From: Octopus vulgaris
Lineage: Eukaryota
Direction of reading: 5' to 3'
DNA length: 64,000 nucleotides
NCBI GenBank assembly: GCA_951406725.2
Contig: OX597820.1
Span: forward strand, 33,046,001-33,110,000
The stretch's first letter is position 1. Every line of letters starts with the position of its first letter. The translations under genes and the position numbers were made by a program. The notes beneath the pieces were generated by a model. It was not told the origin of the DNA. It saw only the letters and a list, made by a program, of their open reading frames with translations, and ran no database searches. Below, in pieces: positions 39,331-52,788 of the stretch.

Positions 39331-40289
39331 CCTATCTGTCTGTCTGATTGTTTATCTGTCTGTCGACCACCTTGTTTGTTTATTTGCCTGTCTGCCTGTA
39401 TGTCTCTATCTATAAGCGTATGCATAGATATATACATACGTATACATACACAGATGCATACATACATATATATATTCATACATACATACTACATATGTGG
39501 GAAATTCTGTCTTTAGGTGTGTTTGTGGAGTTGTTAGCTAATTCCTCCTTGACAAGTGAGTAGAACTCATGTTTGGAAACCTCATGGCATACTCAGATTG
39601 TTGGAAAAATTGATAATAGGGCCCCTGGAAGGGATCCTTATATATAGCCAAGAGAAATAACCCATTCATTTTCTTAAATTATTTGATAAAAATGTAATTG
39701 AGTATGCTTATTTCTTAGTATTTGAACTGTCAGAGTTATTTTCGCAATTTATCCAGTACAACCCTTAAACAAGTAAATAGTATTTTCCTAAACAATAGAT
39801 CCACTTATTTCGGTTAGCGACTTATTCGTGAATATACCAGCACTTGCGCCCCTGGGGGTAATATTCTCTGGGAACACACAAAACTCCTTTTCAGTGTAAT
39901 TTACTTTGAATTGTTATCTCATATCTTATTAGCCTGTTATTACGTAACATACTTCACGATTTTAGTATACATACTTTATTAGTATTTCCTCCTATGTTCT
40001 ATATACTCTGGGAACGCATTCAAGCCCTTTTCGGGGCTGCTTTATTTGAATTGTTATTATCGGATAACTAATTTCATATTATTACATAACTGACTTCACA
40101 ATTCGGGTGTTCATAACTTATTGGGAATTCCTAAAAACAAGATCCTGTGTAAGACAGTTCTCTGTAGATACACAAAAACCTTATTAAGGGCTACATTCTT
40201 TGCATTGTTATTGGATTAGCGAAACAATTATGAGAACGGAACCAAGGGATAAAGCCCGCTTTCCCGAAAATTAATGGGTACGTCAGTTA

Positions 40290-40339
<50 letters not shown>

Positions 40340-40342
<3 letters not shown>

Positions 40343-41107
40343 CAAAATTAAGGGGAATGATCATCAAAGTGAACTCCTAATATGCTAAATATAGACGTCA
40401 AATCGTCTTACCACAAAATGTGTGTTTTCAAGAAAAATTTCAGCAAAACGCCAGAATGTAAAAATGAGCAAGACAAATCAAAATATACGAAATAAAAAAC
40501 GATTACCTACGTACCAATGGTTTCGCTTGTTAATATTTACGAATGTAAATATTTGCAGGCTCATCAGTGTAGTCTGTCGCTTGCAAAACACAATTTCCAG
40601 AATTAGACACAGAACGCTCACCAGAAAGAGAGCATCTATAAAGTTCTGCAAATTATATTTGGGGGTATTTTTCAAATGTCTTTATTTTGGCGCGCTGAGT
40701 ACAGAAATAACTCTGCAGTTAATTAATTTTGTATGTAATATAATTTTTAATCTTCGAATTTTTTTAATATGCTAAGCCACCGGTTTTAATTGATTAATAT
40801 CAATTTCTACCATCATTATTTAATTTTTATATAACAATGTTCTCTAACCTGTAAATTAGCTGCAGAAATTAATTAACTGCAGTCTTATTTCCGGCCTGAG
40901 CGCGCCAAAATGAAGACATTCGAAAAATACCTCCAAATATAATTTGCAGAACTTTATAGATGATCTCTTTCGGGTGAGCGTTCTGTGTCTAGATCTGGAA
41001 ATTGTATTTTGTAAGCGACAGACTAATTTTTAATCTTCGGATTTTTTAAATATGCTAAGCCACTGGTTTTAATTGATTAATATCAATTTATAGCCGCATT
41101 ATTTAAT

Positions 41108-41110
<3 letters not shown>
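40340..41110 (-). mobile_element. PLE-like element with inverted/duplicated pLTR segments
   Basis: Hammerhead at 40507-40572; inverted repeat about 40571-40729/40866-41025; direct repeat about 40741-40830/41024-41110; (TA)n on both sides. Confidence 0.7.
40507..40572 (-). ncRNA. Type-I hammerhead ribozyme motif
   Basis: Minus strand: CTACA-CTGATGA-GCCTGC AAATATTTAC ATTC GTAAATATT AACAAGC-GAAAC-CATTG-GTA-CGTAG. Confidence 0.78.
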
Positions 41111-41148
<38 letters not shown>

Positions 41149-41742
41149 CTCACACACATACAACACACACATACAGATGCGGCAGAAAAACTGCCTACAG
41201 GCTTGGCTTCTTTGACGCATCCTGCCTCTAGTGACATTATGTAGGTGGTAACGATGTCATCATCAAGCTAATTTTCATCCTTTTTTATCCTATTCTTATT
41301 TCTATTTTCATTTATTTATTTTTAAGCTACCATGATGGTTTGAGCCGGTGCACTCTTTATGCTTGCTGATGAAACGTTTATGAAGAATGGCGAGTGGATA
41401 TCTTCTAGTCGATCCCCTCCCTGCCTGTCTGAGTTTCTGTGTCTATATATATCCATACACAGGATAAGTGAAAAGTAAGTAGGCATTAAACATTGGTAAT
41501 AAAATCCATATTCCTTTTTAAAATTTATTGAAACAAATCTTACATTAGAAAATTACTATTTTTAAATCTCACAACGAAATATATTCAGCAACACTACTTT
41601 GGAGTAAAGATTGTTTGCCAACATAACATGCCAGTCCTGGTTTAGGACGAATGTTGCTTGCTGATGAAAAGTTTCTGAAGTATGGTGAGTAAATATCTTC
41701 TAACCGAACCCCTCTCTGCCTGTCTGAGTCTCTGTGTCGCTA

Positions 41743-41789
<47 letters not shown>

Positions 41790-41793
<4 letters not shown>

Positions 41794-41932
41794 TAATTAA
41801 GGGCTAATTACCCTCTTTAGCCCATAATTATATGATGTTTATACTTCAACCGTAACGGTTTTTTTAATATACTGCCACGCTTCCTGATGGATTCCTTTTC
41901 TGTAGAGAAAGGGACTTCATCCTATATAGTTA

Positions 41933-41984
<52 letters not shown>

Positions 41985-42324
41985 TAACAATATAGGATGA
42001 AGTCCCTTTCTCTACAGAAAAGGAATCCATCAGGAAGCGTGGCAGTATATTAAAAAAACCGTTACGGTTGAAATATAAACATCATATAATTATGGGCTAA
42101 AGAGGGTAATTAGCCATTAATTATATGTCGTTAGCTACTGCACGCATTTTTTTTCTCTCCTTCTTTCTGTGTTTTTCTCTCTCTGTGTATCTTTCTGTTG
42201 AAGAGCGTAGGCTCGAAACGTTAAAGACTTGTTTTATTTATATTTCCTGAGCGCCATACTAATACAATTGTTCGTTTGTTTTCCACCTGCCTTCGTCTTT
42301 TGTTTATTTTCATAAAGCTTCCCG

Positions 42325-42325
<1 letters not shown>
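41790..42325 (+). mobile_element. PLE-like fragment with a 338-bp palindrome and a mutated hammerhead (42191-42226)
   Basis: Palindrome 41790-42127 centred on (TA)n; CTTT-CTGTTGA-A-GAGC-GTAG-GCTC-GAAAC-GTT-AAAG. Confidence 0.65.
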
Positions 42326-42407
<82 letters not shown>

Positions 42408-42459
42408 GATAGATCATGTCGTATAGTCAGCTGGAGACGATGTCTCCTGGGGCTAAATT

Positions 42460-42850
42460 ACAGCAACATTCGTCCTAAACCAGGACTGCTATGTTATGTT
42501 GTCAAACAATCTTTACTCCAAATGTTACATGTTGATTATTACAAGGGAAAATGAAAGTAAATCTTCATATTTCAACGTAAGCACCAGTGGCGTCAACCAG
42601 TTTCCTCAAACGGCCAAGGATGGAATGAACAACCTTTTGAAAGTCGTCGTGTGGGATGCCATTGAGAACTTCCTGGATCCATGTCTCCAAGTTCTCCAAT
42701 GTACGAGGTTTTGTCTTGTACACCTCTTTTGTGTAACCCCACAGGTTACACATATCTGCTTAAATATTTGACGTTAAATGTTTAAGCAGATATGTCTATC
42801 TGACGAAGCTTCATTACATATTTTAAACGGATTTGATTATTCTTGAAAAA
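42460..42850 (-). mobile_element. Rearranged Tc1/mariner-superfamily transposase remnant
   Basis: Minus ORF LWGYTKEVYKTKPRTLENL...LRKLVDATGAYVEI is a typical C-terminus. The adjacent plus-strand FKQICLSDEASLHILNG resembles the first catalytic-Asp motif. Confidence 0.7.
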
Positions 42851-42970
42851 CTCCGTTTTATTAATTAATCGGAAACAGCTGTAATTTATGAGATGTGTCA
42901 TTTGTTTGTTTAAAATATTTCAATTGAATTGAATGTATAATTGTTCAATTTATTGTTTTTTTTTCTATTT

Positions 42971-43038
<68 letters not shown>

Positions 43039-43042
<4 letters not shown>

Positions 43043-43230
43043 ATCCCAACAAGAAAACACAGAAAAAAACACAGCAACGCGAGGACGTGGAACAATTAAA
43101 GTATTATTTGACGCTCAGGAAAGAAGGGAAGGAGGGTTTAACGTTTCGAGCGGAGCTCTTCGTCGGAAACAAGGAGAAGGAAAGATCCCAAGAAGGGAAG
43201 ACAGAGGAAAAAAATATTTTTGCTGGTGGT
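43039..43230 (-). mobile_element. PLE-like terminal fragment with minimal hammerhead variant (43136-43170)
   Basis: Reverse-complement sister of 32560-32740; flanked by (TA)n. Confidence 0.7.
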
Positions 43231-43231
43231 G

Positions 43232-43336
<105 letters not shown>

Positions 43337-44434
43337 CATGCACACCCATACACCCATACACACATACGCACAGAAATATCGTGTAAACGATATTACAAAG
43401 ACGTAAAAGCTTAATTATAAATGGTACACTATATTACTATATAAGAACCATAAAATACAATAACAATTACATGAATAAAGATAACAGTTCAGTCTGAAGA
43501 GAAAGAATGACATCAAATCCACTTGATTTGAAATTTCTGAAACCAATATACCTTCCTGGAGCTTGAACCTGGGACCAGTTTGGTTGAGAAGCAATTTGTA
43601 TTTCAATAGAAATATAATCCCACTACGTTAATAACTGCTCTACTGGTACCACTCTCATACCCATTCATTTCAAGGGACTAACAGTTACACTTGTACTGGA
43701 ATTAAGAGAGAGATTAGTATATTAACCGAGGCGGCGGATTGGTAGTGTCGTTATAGCATAGTTATTTGGGCTGACACACTGGACTGAGAGTTCGAATCTT
43801 GGCAAGGTCAGCTTTGTTGTTTATTCTTTTGTGAGTGGGGGGAGCTTAAAATAAAGTATTTCTCTCTCCCTTTCTAAAAACTAAAATGAGCAACCCATTT
43901 TATCTAATGTTCTCATGACTCTGCCACTTCATCCACCAACCTTTTCTCCCATAAATATTGATTTTAAATTTTGGCACAAGGTTAGCAAAGTCAGAGAAGG
44001 GAATGAGTGTTCAAATTGTAAAGGATGAAAGGCAAAATTACGAGATGTGTAATTGATCATATCAACCTAGTACGTTCTGTGTGAAAGAGAAAGCATAGTT
44101 ACCCAGGTAAAATTTGAACTCAGAGCACGAACGTAAAGAAATACCATAAGGATTTTCGTACGGCGCTCTACCGTTTCAACTTGTAGTTCTATTTTGTCCG
44201 GACATAAAGGATTACTAGGCGTTGTAGTCGTGACGATTGTGACCAAGTTAGGGGTTAAACTACCACCAACCAAACAACCAACCAACCAACCAACTAACCA
44301 AACAACCAACCAGCCAACCAGCCAACCAACCAGTACCCATGCTGACATACGGTACATTGCAAGATTTAGGATCACTTTTTATACCTGGATTTAGAAGATA
44401 AGGTCGTATTATACGCCGGCATTTTTAAAAGCCC

Positions 44435-44762
44435 TCTTTCAGTCATGAATTATCATAGGATTGCACCCAGAAAGTTACCCTCCATGGCACAACTGTAGGC
44501 AAGGTTATTTATGGAAGACTAACAGTCGCCCATGCATACCAGCCTCCTCTCTCCACGCCACCGATGTTATCAAAGGGAAAGGTCACGGCCGATACAGCTT
44601 GGCACCAATGATGTAGCCATTCAATTCTACAGTTTAGTGAACTGAAGCAACGTGTAATAAAGTGTTTTGCTCATAAACACAAACACAACCCAGTCCGTGA
44701 ATCGAACTCATTACCTCATGATTGTGAGCCCGTAATTTTAATCACTGAGCCATGCACCTTCA
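44435..44762 (-). mobile_element. SINE family C
   Basis: Full-length reverse-complement homolog of 62897-63228. Confidence 0.8.
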
Positions 44763-45104
44763 CATACGTCGGCAAAGACTTCTATATTTCAGGGGCAGAA
44801 AAGGCGGTGAGCTAGTGAAATCGTTAAGGCATTGGGGAAAATATTTTGCAGCATCTCTTTAATCAGGCGAGTTGGCAGAATCGTTACCGCGCCGAGAAAA
44901 ATGCTTGGTGGCATATTGTCCGTCTTTACATTCTGAGTTTAAATGCCGCCGAGATAACTTTACTTTTCATCCTTTCGGGGTCGATTAAATAAGTACGATT
45001 TGAGCACTGGAGTCAATGTAATCGACTTACCCCTCCACCAAAATTGCTAGCCTTGTATCAAAATTTGAAACCAATATTTCAGGCAGAGATTTTGCGGTTA
45101 TGAT

Positions 45105-45289
45105 TTAACCTTCAACCAGCCAAATCTGGCTCAAATATTCTGCTTTATGTTCAAACTGACTAAACCTGGCTTCTCATACCCTATCCTAAAATGTTTTTAA
45201 AATAAGCAATCGCATCTTCGAAATCGCATAAAAATGTGAATAAAATATGCACTACATCCGATAAAGTAATCTGAATGCTAAAGGGTTAA
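45105..45289. mobile_element. piggyBac-like MITE remnant
   Basis: TTAACCTT... and ...GCTAAAGGGTTAA termini; left end degenerate. Confidence 0.45.
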
Positions 45290-46016
45290 TTCAATGAACT
45301 TGATCCACTACCCCAATTCTTAATAGCGATTTATATTATCTACCCCGGATGGATGAAATTTTCTATCGATTCGAGTAGATTTTGAACCTAGAAGATAAAG
45401 TGACGTAACCGAACACCGCAGATTATTGTATCCGTATCTACGCTTTCTGTCATACAACTAACCCGTGTCTGCTACGACTCATATATTAACTACACTTTCT
45501 TATTGTATTTCTTCAACATAATATCGTTTTTGCTTCTTTTTTTACTACGTCCTCTCTCCACGCTTCAGTGACATTTAGCCATATCATTTACTGATAATAA
45601 AAAAAATTCGCCTGTCGACATATTTTTGAGTGAAATCGTCGTAATATTTCGTTCGCGCCTCATTCGTTCTATTTGTTTAAAACTATCGTCTGCTTATAGG
45701 AGTTGAGTGTCGTTTGCACATAATTTCTTTTGAAGGTGACAACGGGGGAGATTTTGATTATAGTATTGTTTCTCGATTTCAGAGACAGGAGAAAGAATAC
45801 GCCCGAGAAAATAAAGAAAAAAAATATTAAAGTAAATAAATCATATTTCAACAGAAAAGATTGGTTTTATAATTCACGCAGATATAAACACACTTATACA
45901 CGTCATACGCATTTCACCCGCCACATACATCCTTTCGGAAACAAGGGCTCACACAAACATATATACATATAGATAGATAAACATACATGTATTTGATATA
46001 TTTCTATTTATAAACC

Positions 46017-46077
<61 letters not shown>

Positions 46078-46364
46078 GTATATATATATATATATATGTA
46101 TGTATATATATATATGTATGTATATATATATATATATATATAAATAAGTATATATATAATATATAAACATATAGGTATACATATATGTATGTACACACAC
46201 AAACACACACACACACATGCACACATATATATATGTAGATTATTATATATATGTCTATATATGTGCGTATAAATATATGTATACGCACACGCATATATGC
46301 GCACACAGTCACACGTACACAAACATAATTATATTTGCATATATATTTATATACACACAAAAAG

Positions 46365-46415
<51 letters not shown>

Positions 46416-46675
46416 CTATGTATATATTTATGTGTACCTGTATACGTATATATGAATATATGTATGTATATTTGCCTTCCCGGTTGGAGATTTCGGGTTT
46501 ATTTTCATCAGCCACCTGCTCTGGTGACAAGATCTGTAAAGCGCGCACGCACTCACGCACATACACCCACACATAGGTCTCAAGTGCTTGGTTCATTTTA
46601 CGAGCCCGCAAAAATTTAAGTTGTCATGGAGGAGCTTAATCAAACAGTTTATGCCCGCGCGCGCGTGTATATGTA

Positions 46676-47865
46676 CAGACATGATAGAAGTAAATAGACA
46701 CCCTTATAATCATTAAAATTTATGCAAGTCTGAAATTATATTTTCAAATTAATTATTATAATGTGAATATCTAACATTTAGTTGGCATGCCCATTGCATT
46801 TTTCAGTGCGAAGACCCTATTAGCGAATTTCTTGCCAAGTTTCATCCAGTAATCTCAAAAGATCTGCCTTTGAAGGTACTTTCTTGTTCTTTTTATGAAG
46901 TGTCCTGTCCATTATGCCCCAGAGGTGTTCAATAGGGTTCATATCTGGTGACTGGCTTGGCCATGGAAACTTTCTAATGCTATTCTCTTCCAACCAATCT
47001 TTTAGCTGTATGACAACGAGTTCCATCTTCCATAAATAGAGAATCTTCTTTAATCATTTCACCATTGGAGAAGATTGGGAGGAGTCATTTCTGCAATATG
47101 GACACATATTTATTTGAGTTTATCTTTCCCTTACACTCCACTGATCGACCATTGCTTCAAATTACCCCCCCACCCCAACTATCACAGACTAGCCACCATG
47201 TTTCCTTGTTGGCTGCAACCTTTTCACATTAATTTCTTAATCACAGAGTTTCCAGACCCACACTCGACCTCTGTCAGGAAATACAGAGGACTCATCAGAG
47301 AATATAACAGTGTCCCAAAATAATAGTGACTTCTCCACCATCTCACTGACCCAAGCAGTTCATATCTGTGTGTAACTGAAGAAGTGGCTTCCTTCTTGCT
47401 GCTCTGCAATTGTAGCCAAGTTTGTGAAGATATCTGACACTTGTTTTGGAACTGATTTCAACATGTTTTGCTATGTCAGAGGCCTTGCAACAAGGATTAA
47501 CCTCCACACTTCTCTTAACAAAGCGAAGGGTCTTGTCAGAGGGCCCTGGTCAAGCTGGACAAGGTAATGTGGACTCCTTCCTGCCTCTGGTGAATTGCAC
47601 AAATCACTCTATTGACTGTAGAAAGTGGGATCCCAATGTTTTCTGCAATTTTACGTTGATTTAGTCTACCTTCAGATTGACCCACAATACGGCCTCTTTG
47701 AAATTCGGACAATTCCAAGGCTTCTTTTGTATGTAGCATGATTAAACAGTCACATAAAGAGCCTGAAATATAAAAATGTCAATTAATAAAAAATATAAAA
47801 CTTTTAAAGTTAAAATAAGCATAAAACGATGGTTTATGGTGTGTATATTTACTTCTGTCATTTTG
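46676..47865 (-). mobile_element. Decayed Tc1-family transposon
   Basis: N-terminal [14 protein letters not shown]...[16 protein letters not shown] (47536-47739); C-terminal WPSQSPDMNPIEHLW (46820-47026); degenerate TIRs CAGACATGATAGAAGTAAATAGACACC / GGTGTGTATATTTACTTCTGTCATTTTG. Confidence 0.9.
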
Positions 47866-47866
47866 C

Positions 47867-48035
<169 letters not shown>

Positions 48036-48376
48036 CATACATATATATATACATACATATATATATGTATATGTGTATGTATTTAAGTATGTATATATGT
48101 AAGTATATGCATATGCATATATATGTATACAATCATACTTATATGTGAGTGTGTTTGTATGTATGCATGTGTGTGTGTATTTGTGTGCGTGTGTGTGCAT
48201 GTGGTTTTTTGAAAAATGGTGCTTGTTCTTTCATTAACCTTTACACAAACATGCATCCTTGAAGATATTGTATGTATGAGCGAGTACACGCATATACGTA
48301 TGAATGTATGTGTGCATGTATGTATGGTTATATATATGTATGTACATATATATATATATATATATATATACATACA

Positions 48377-48412
<36 letters not shown>

Positions 48413-48888
48413 TATGTATATATATATACACATACACATATACATACATATATGTATATATATATATATATGTACACATATACATACATATATATGTACA
48501 TATAGGCATGTGTGTGTATGTATGTTTATGTGTATTGATAAATTGATAGGATTGATAGATAGTGAGATAGAGTGATAGACTGATGACAAATAAAAATATA
48601 TCAAATGACATACAAGATAAAAATCTTGATTTATTGATAGTATCTTCGCTTAGGAAGAAAGAGCAATCGCTTGGTGGTAATCGGGACAAACTCCAAACGA
48701 GATAGAGAAATAACAATGTAATAAAATTACCATTTTTCTTTGTTTTGCTTTCTTCGCCGTTGGGCAGTAAGTGTTACTTCCTATCAAAGGAAATTACTAT
48801 TCTTCCCTTGAAGTTTTGCTTTTGTAACCTGGACATCAATGTTTTGAAACTGGCCTATTTTCCATTATATTTCAGACTGATTAAGTAC

Positions 48889-49035
48889 TGTTGTGCTGAC
48901 GCCCCCAGACGATGAAGTAGGCTAGCCCAATACGTAGATATAGAGGGAGAAGCCTAGACGTCGACAGAGGAATAGAGTAGTGTCGAGTAGAGAGTCGAGT
49001 TGAGTAGTAGAGGCATCCGAACGTGCGACATAACA
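48889..49035. mobile_element. Short solo LTR (147 bp)
   Basis: TGTTGTG...CATAACA termini with a perfect 5-bp TSD AGTAC. Confidence 0.75.
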
Positions 49036-49710
49036 AGTACTGAGTTGCTGAAGCAGAAGTATCGTCATAGCAAATATTCTGCTCAATACCACAGATCTGC
49101 TTCTCATTTGCTTGACGTTTAACCACCTGTTTGTGTCTAACAATATGTGCGCCTCTGATGATGAGCAAGAGTAGTGGGGGAGCATCATAGCCATGTGTTG
49201 AGAGGGACTCTTTAGAGTTTGAATAAATGTAACAAAAGCAAAGTTTGAAGGAAATATTAGCCATTTTTCATACTTTCTGGAGGTAAGCAAATAGAAAATA
49301 AACAGATGCTACCCAAGGACAAAAACCGTGTTACGCAGTGTAATCTCCACAATCAACAATTATCGGAAGTTGCCATGCTTTTTGGTTGCAGACAATATTT
49401 TCTGGAAGTGGATATAATTATAATAAATCAGGAATATATCTTTTATTCGCTTTGGTTTTTAATCTTCAAATCATGGAAGTGATAAAAGCGGTCCTTTGCT
49501 ATTTTTTTATATAAAAAGTTTTTCAATTTAAATCAATGGTGCTGTAAATTAGTAATACATCTTGAATTTCTTATTCTAAGTTTATAGGTACAAGTTTTTT
49601 TTCTCATTTTCAGTTTAGGCTTTTAGGCTTCCGATTAAAAAAAAACCCAGTTCTTTGTAAACAGAGACTGAACCGCCGTAGTTCTGTCAATATTGTGTTT
49701 TATTTTATAG

Positions 49711-50026
49711 ATCAAAATAATACATTCATATCAAGAAACGTTCTCGGGTTTCCCTTAGCGTTCGAGAACTTCTATGACACATTTGATGAGCTGATAAGAT
49801 ACTATTCGGTGAAACGGGCCACACAAAATTTGGGTAGTGGCAGTACTTTTCAACCTGATTGGCACAATAGCATACAATCCTTTTTGTTATATACTGAAGA
49901 ACACCTACAATTCAAACAGAGGACAACCTTCCAATCTAGATGCGAATTTCTTAAAATGCTGGCTGAAGAACCCCTTGATGATGAAGAACCTGAAGTAATA
50001 ATTTCTGTATTCAAGGAGAAAAACAG
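49711..50026 (+). CDS. Orphan exon-like coding segment of unknown product (possibly pseudogene or transposon derived)
   Basis: Non-repetitive reading frame of about 105 codons with globular-like composition; acceptor TTTTATTTTATAG at 49710 and donor CAG|GTAACT at 50026. Confidence 0.4.
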
Positions 50027-50271
50027 GTAACTCGCGAGGATTTTGTGGGACCTATTCAGTTAAAACGAAGTAGAATTACATATCAAAAATGTCAGACTTT
50101 TGAATGTGGAAGTCACAGAGATGAATCAGTTTTGTGTTTGAACACATTGAATGAATTTTTTAATGTTTTGTATATATTTTTCAATGACTTGCACCAGTAT
50201 GGTTAACCTTCATGAGTTCATGTAAATTTTATTTTTATGTTTTCTAAGGTTAAATACATGAGATTAAGTTC

Positions 50272-50718
50272 ACTCTTTTAGATACTCTTTTACTTGTTTC
50301 AGTCATTTGACTGCGGCCATGCTGGAGCACCTCCTTTAGTCGAGCAGATCGACTCCGGGACTTATTCTTTGTAAGCCTAGTACTTATTTTATCGGTCTAT
50401 TTTGCCGAACCGCTAAGTGACGGGGACGTAAACACACCAGCATCGCTTTGGTTTTTAATCTTCAAATCATGGAAGTGATAGAAGCGGTCCTTTGCTAGGG
50501 AAACAAACACAGACACACAAACATATACACACACACTTATATATATATACATATATACGACAGGCTTCTTTCAGTTTCCGTCTACCAAATCCACTCACAA
50601 GGCATTGGTCGGCCCGGGGCTATAGCAGAAGACACTTGCCCAAGATGCCACGCAGTGGGACTGAACACGGAACCATGTGGTTGGTTAGCAAGCTACTTAC
50701 CACACAGCCACTCCTGCG
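50272..50718 (-). mobile_element. SINE family A with a 55-bp templated insert
   Basis: Near-consensus copy except for 50443-50497. Confidence 0.88.
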
Positions 50719-51000
50719 TCTCTCATTACTTTACTACTTAATTGGTGCTCTAGCTTTTATATACCCTTCCACAAAAAAAAAGAAAAGAACATATATTTAA
50801 GACAAAAGTAACATCGGTGGGATTTGAGCTGGAATCCATAAATTAATATGTTGGGGCCGACGAAATAATTAGTCTGCAAACTGACAATTTATGCGGGGTA
50901 CATGTAAAGAGTTTGCATATATGAAAATGCTAAGTGATTATTGTGATCTGAGTGTATAAAGGTATTCCTGAATGTATGCATGTGTGTGTGTGTGGCACTG

Positions 51001-51077
<77 letters not shown>

Positions 51078-51107
51078 TTGTCAATCTGTATTTATGTAAA
51101 TGTGTGC

Positions 51108-51194
<87 letters not shown>

Positions 51195-51934
51195 CGTCTG
51201 TATTTATATGTATGTATACGTATGCATATACACACACACACATACGCACACACATGCACACGCACACACACACACACGCACGCACGCACACACACATATA
51301 CATACATACATACAAACATACATACATACATACATACATACATACACACACACAATCTTACATTCCTAAGGTCGTGCAAGGTCGTTGGAGAGATGTCAAG
51401 TATTCGCCAGCGTCTATCTGATACCCCGGCAGGCAGATATCTATCTATCTATCTCCGGGTAGAATATATAAACCAAAAACCACCAACCGCCAACTACCCG
51501 GGTATATTTGAACAGGTGTCTGCTATCGGAACATCATCTTAAATATCAGAACGCTATCTTCAGCCTCAGGTCGTAGAAATCTGGAGCACAGTTTTCCGTC
51601 ATGTCGACAGGAACTCCGTCTCTTCCCGCCATGCTTACCTTTGCAAGCACGCATGCGCATATATTGATGAATAAACGAACGTACTAACGTGTGCTTATGT
51701 ACGTAGTACGTACGTAGGTACATATGCACGTACGGTTTCTTATATATGCGTACGTAAAGTTTACATCCTTACTCGTTTGTACACTTAATATCAGGTATTC
51801 GTTTGCTCTATACTCTGTGACGCACGAATTTCAGATGTCGTGTTTTCTTTCAAGGTTTTGAGTCGCTAAGATAGCCCCGTAAAATTCCTAACTTATAAGT
51901 ATGATTGTTGAGCACTTTAGTATATATATTCTGT

Positions 51935-52312
51935 TATTCACTTATTTGTTTCAGTCAATTGACTGCGGCCATGCTGGAGCACCGCCTTTAGTCGAACAAA
52001 TCGACCCTAGGACTTATTCTTCTTAATCCTAGTATTCGTTCTATCGCTTTCTTTTGCCGAACTGCTAAGTTACGGGAAAGTAAACACACCAGCATCGGTT
52101 GTCAAGCGATTGTGGGGGAACAAAAAGGCACAAACATTTACATATACATATACATATACACATATGTGTGGTAAGTAGCTTGCTTACCAACCACATGGTT
52201 CCCGGTTCAGTCCCACAGCGTGGCATCTTGGGCAAGTGTCTTCTGCTATAGCCCCGGGCCGACCAATGCCTTGTGAGTGGATTTGGTAGACGGAAACTGA
52301 AAGAAGCCTGTC

Positions 52313-52390
<78 letters not shown>

Positions 52391-52600
52391 ATGTATGTTT
52401 GTGTGTCTGTGTTTGTCCCCCTAGCATTGCTTGACAACCGATGCTGGTGTGTCTATGTCCCTGTCACTTAGCGGTTCGGCAAAAGAGACCGACAGAATAA
52501 GTACTGGGCTTACAAAGAATATGTCCCGGGGTCGATTTGCTCGACTACAGGCGGTGCTCCAGCATGGCCGCAGTCAAATGACTGAAACAAGTAAAAAGAG
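51935..52600. mobile_element. Two SINE family A copies in inverted orientation
   Basis: Minus 3' half about 51935-52135; plus copy about 52165-52600. Confidence 0.85.
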
Positions 52601-52637
52601 AAAAAAAGAGAGAAAGATATATATATATATACATATG

Positions 52638-52698
<61 letters not shown>

Positions 52699-52726
52699 GT
52701 ATATATATACATATGTATATACATAC

Positions 52727-52787
<61 letters not shown>

Positions 52788-52788
<1 letters not shown>

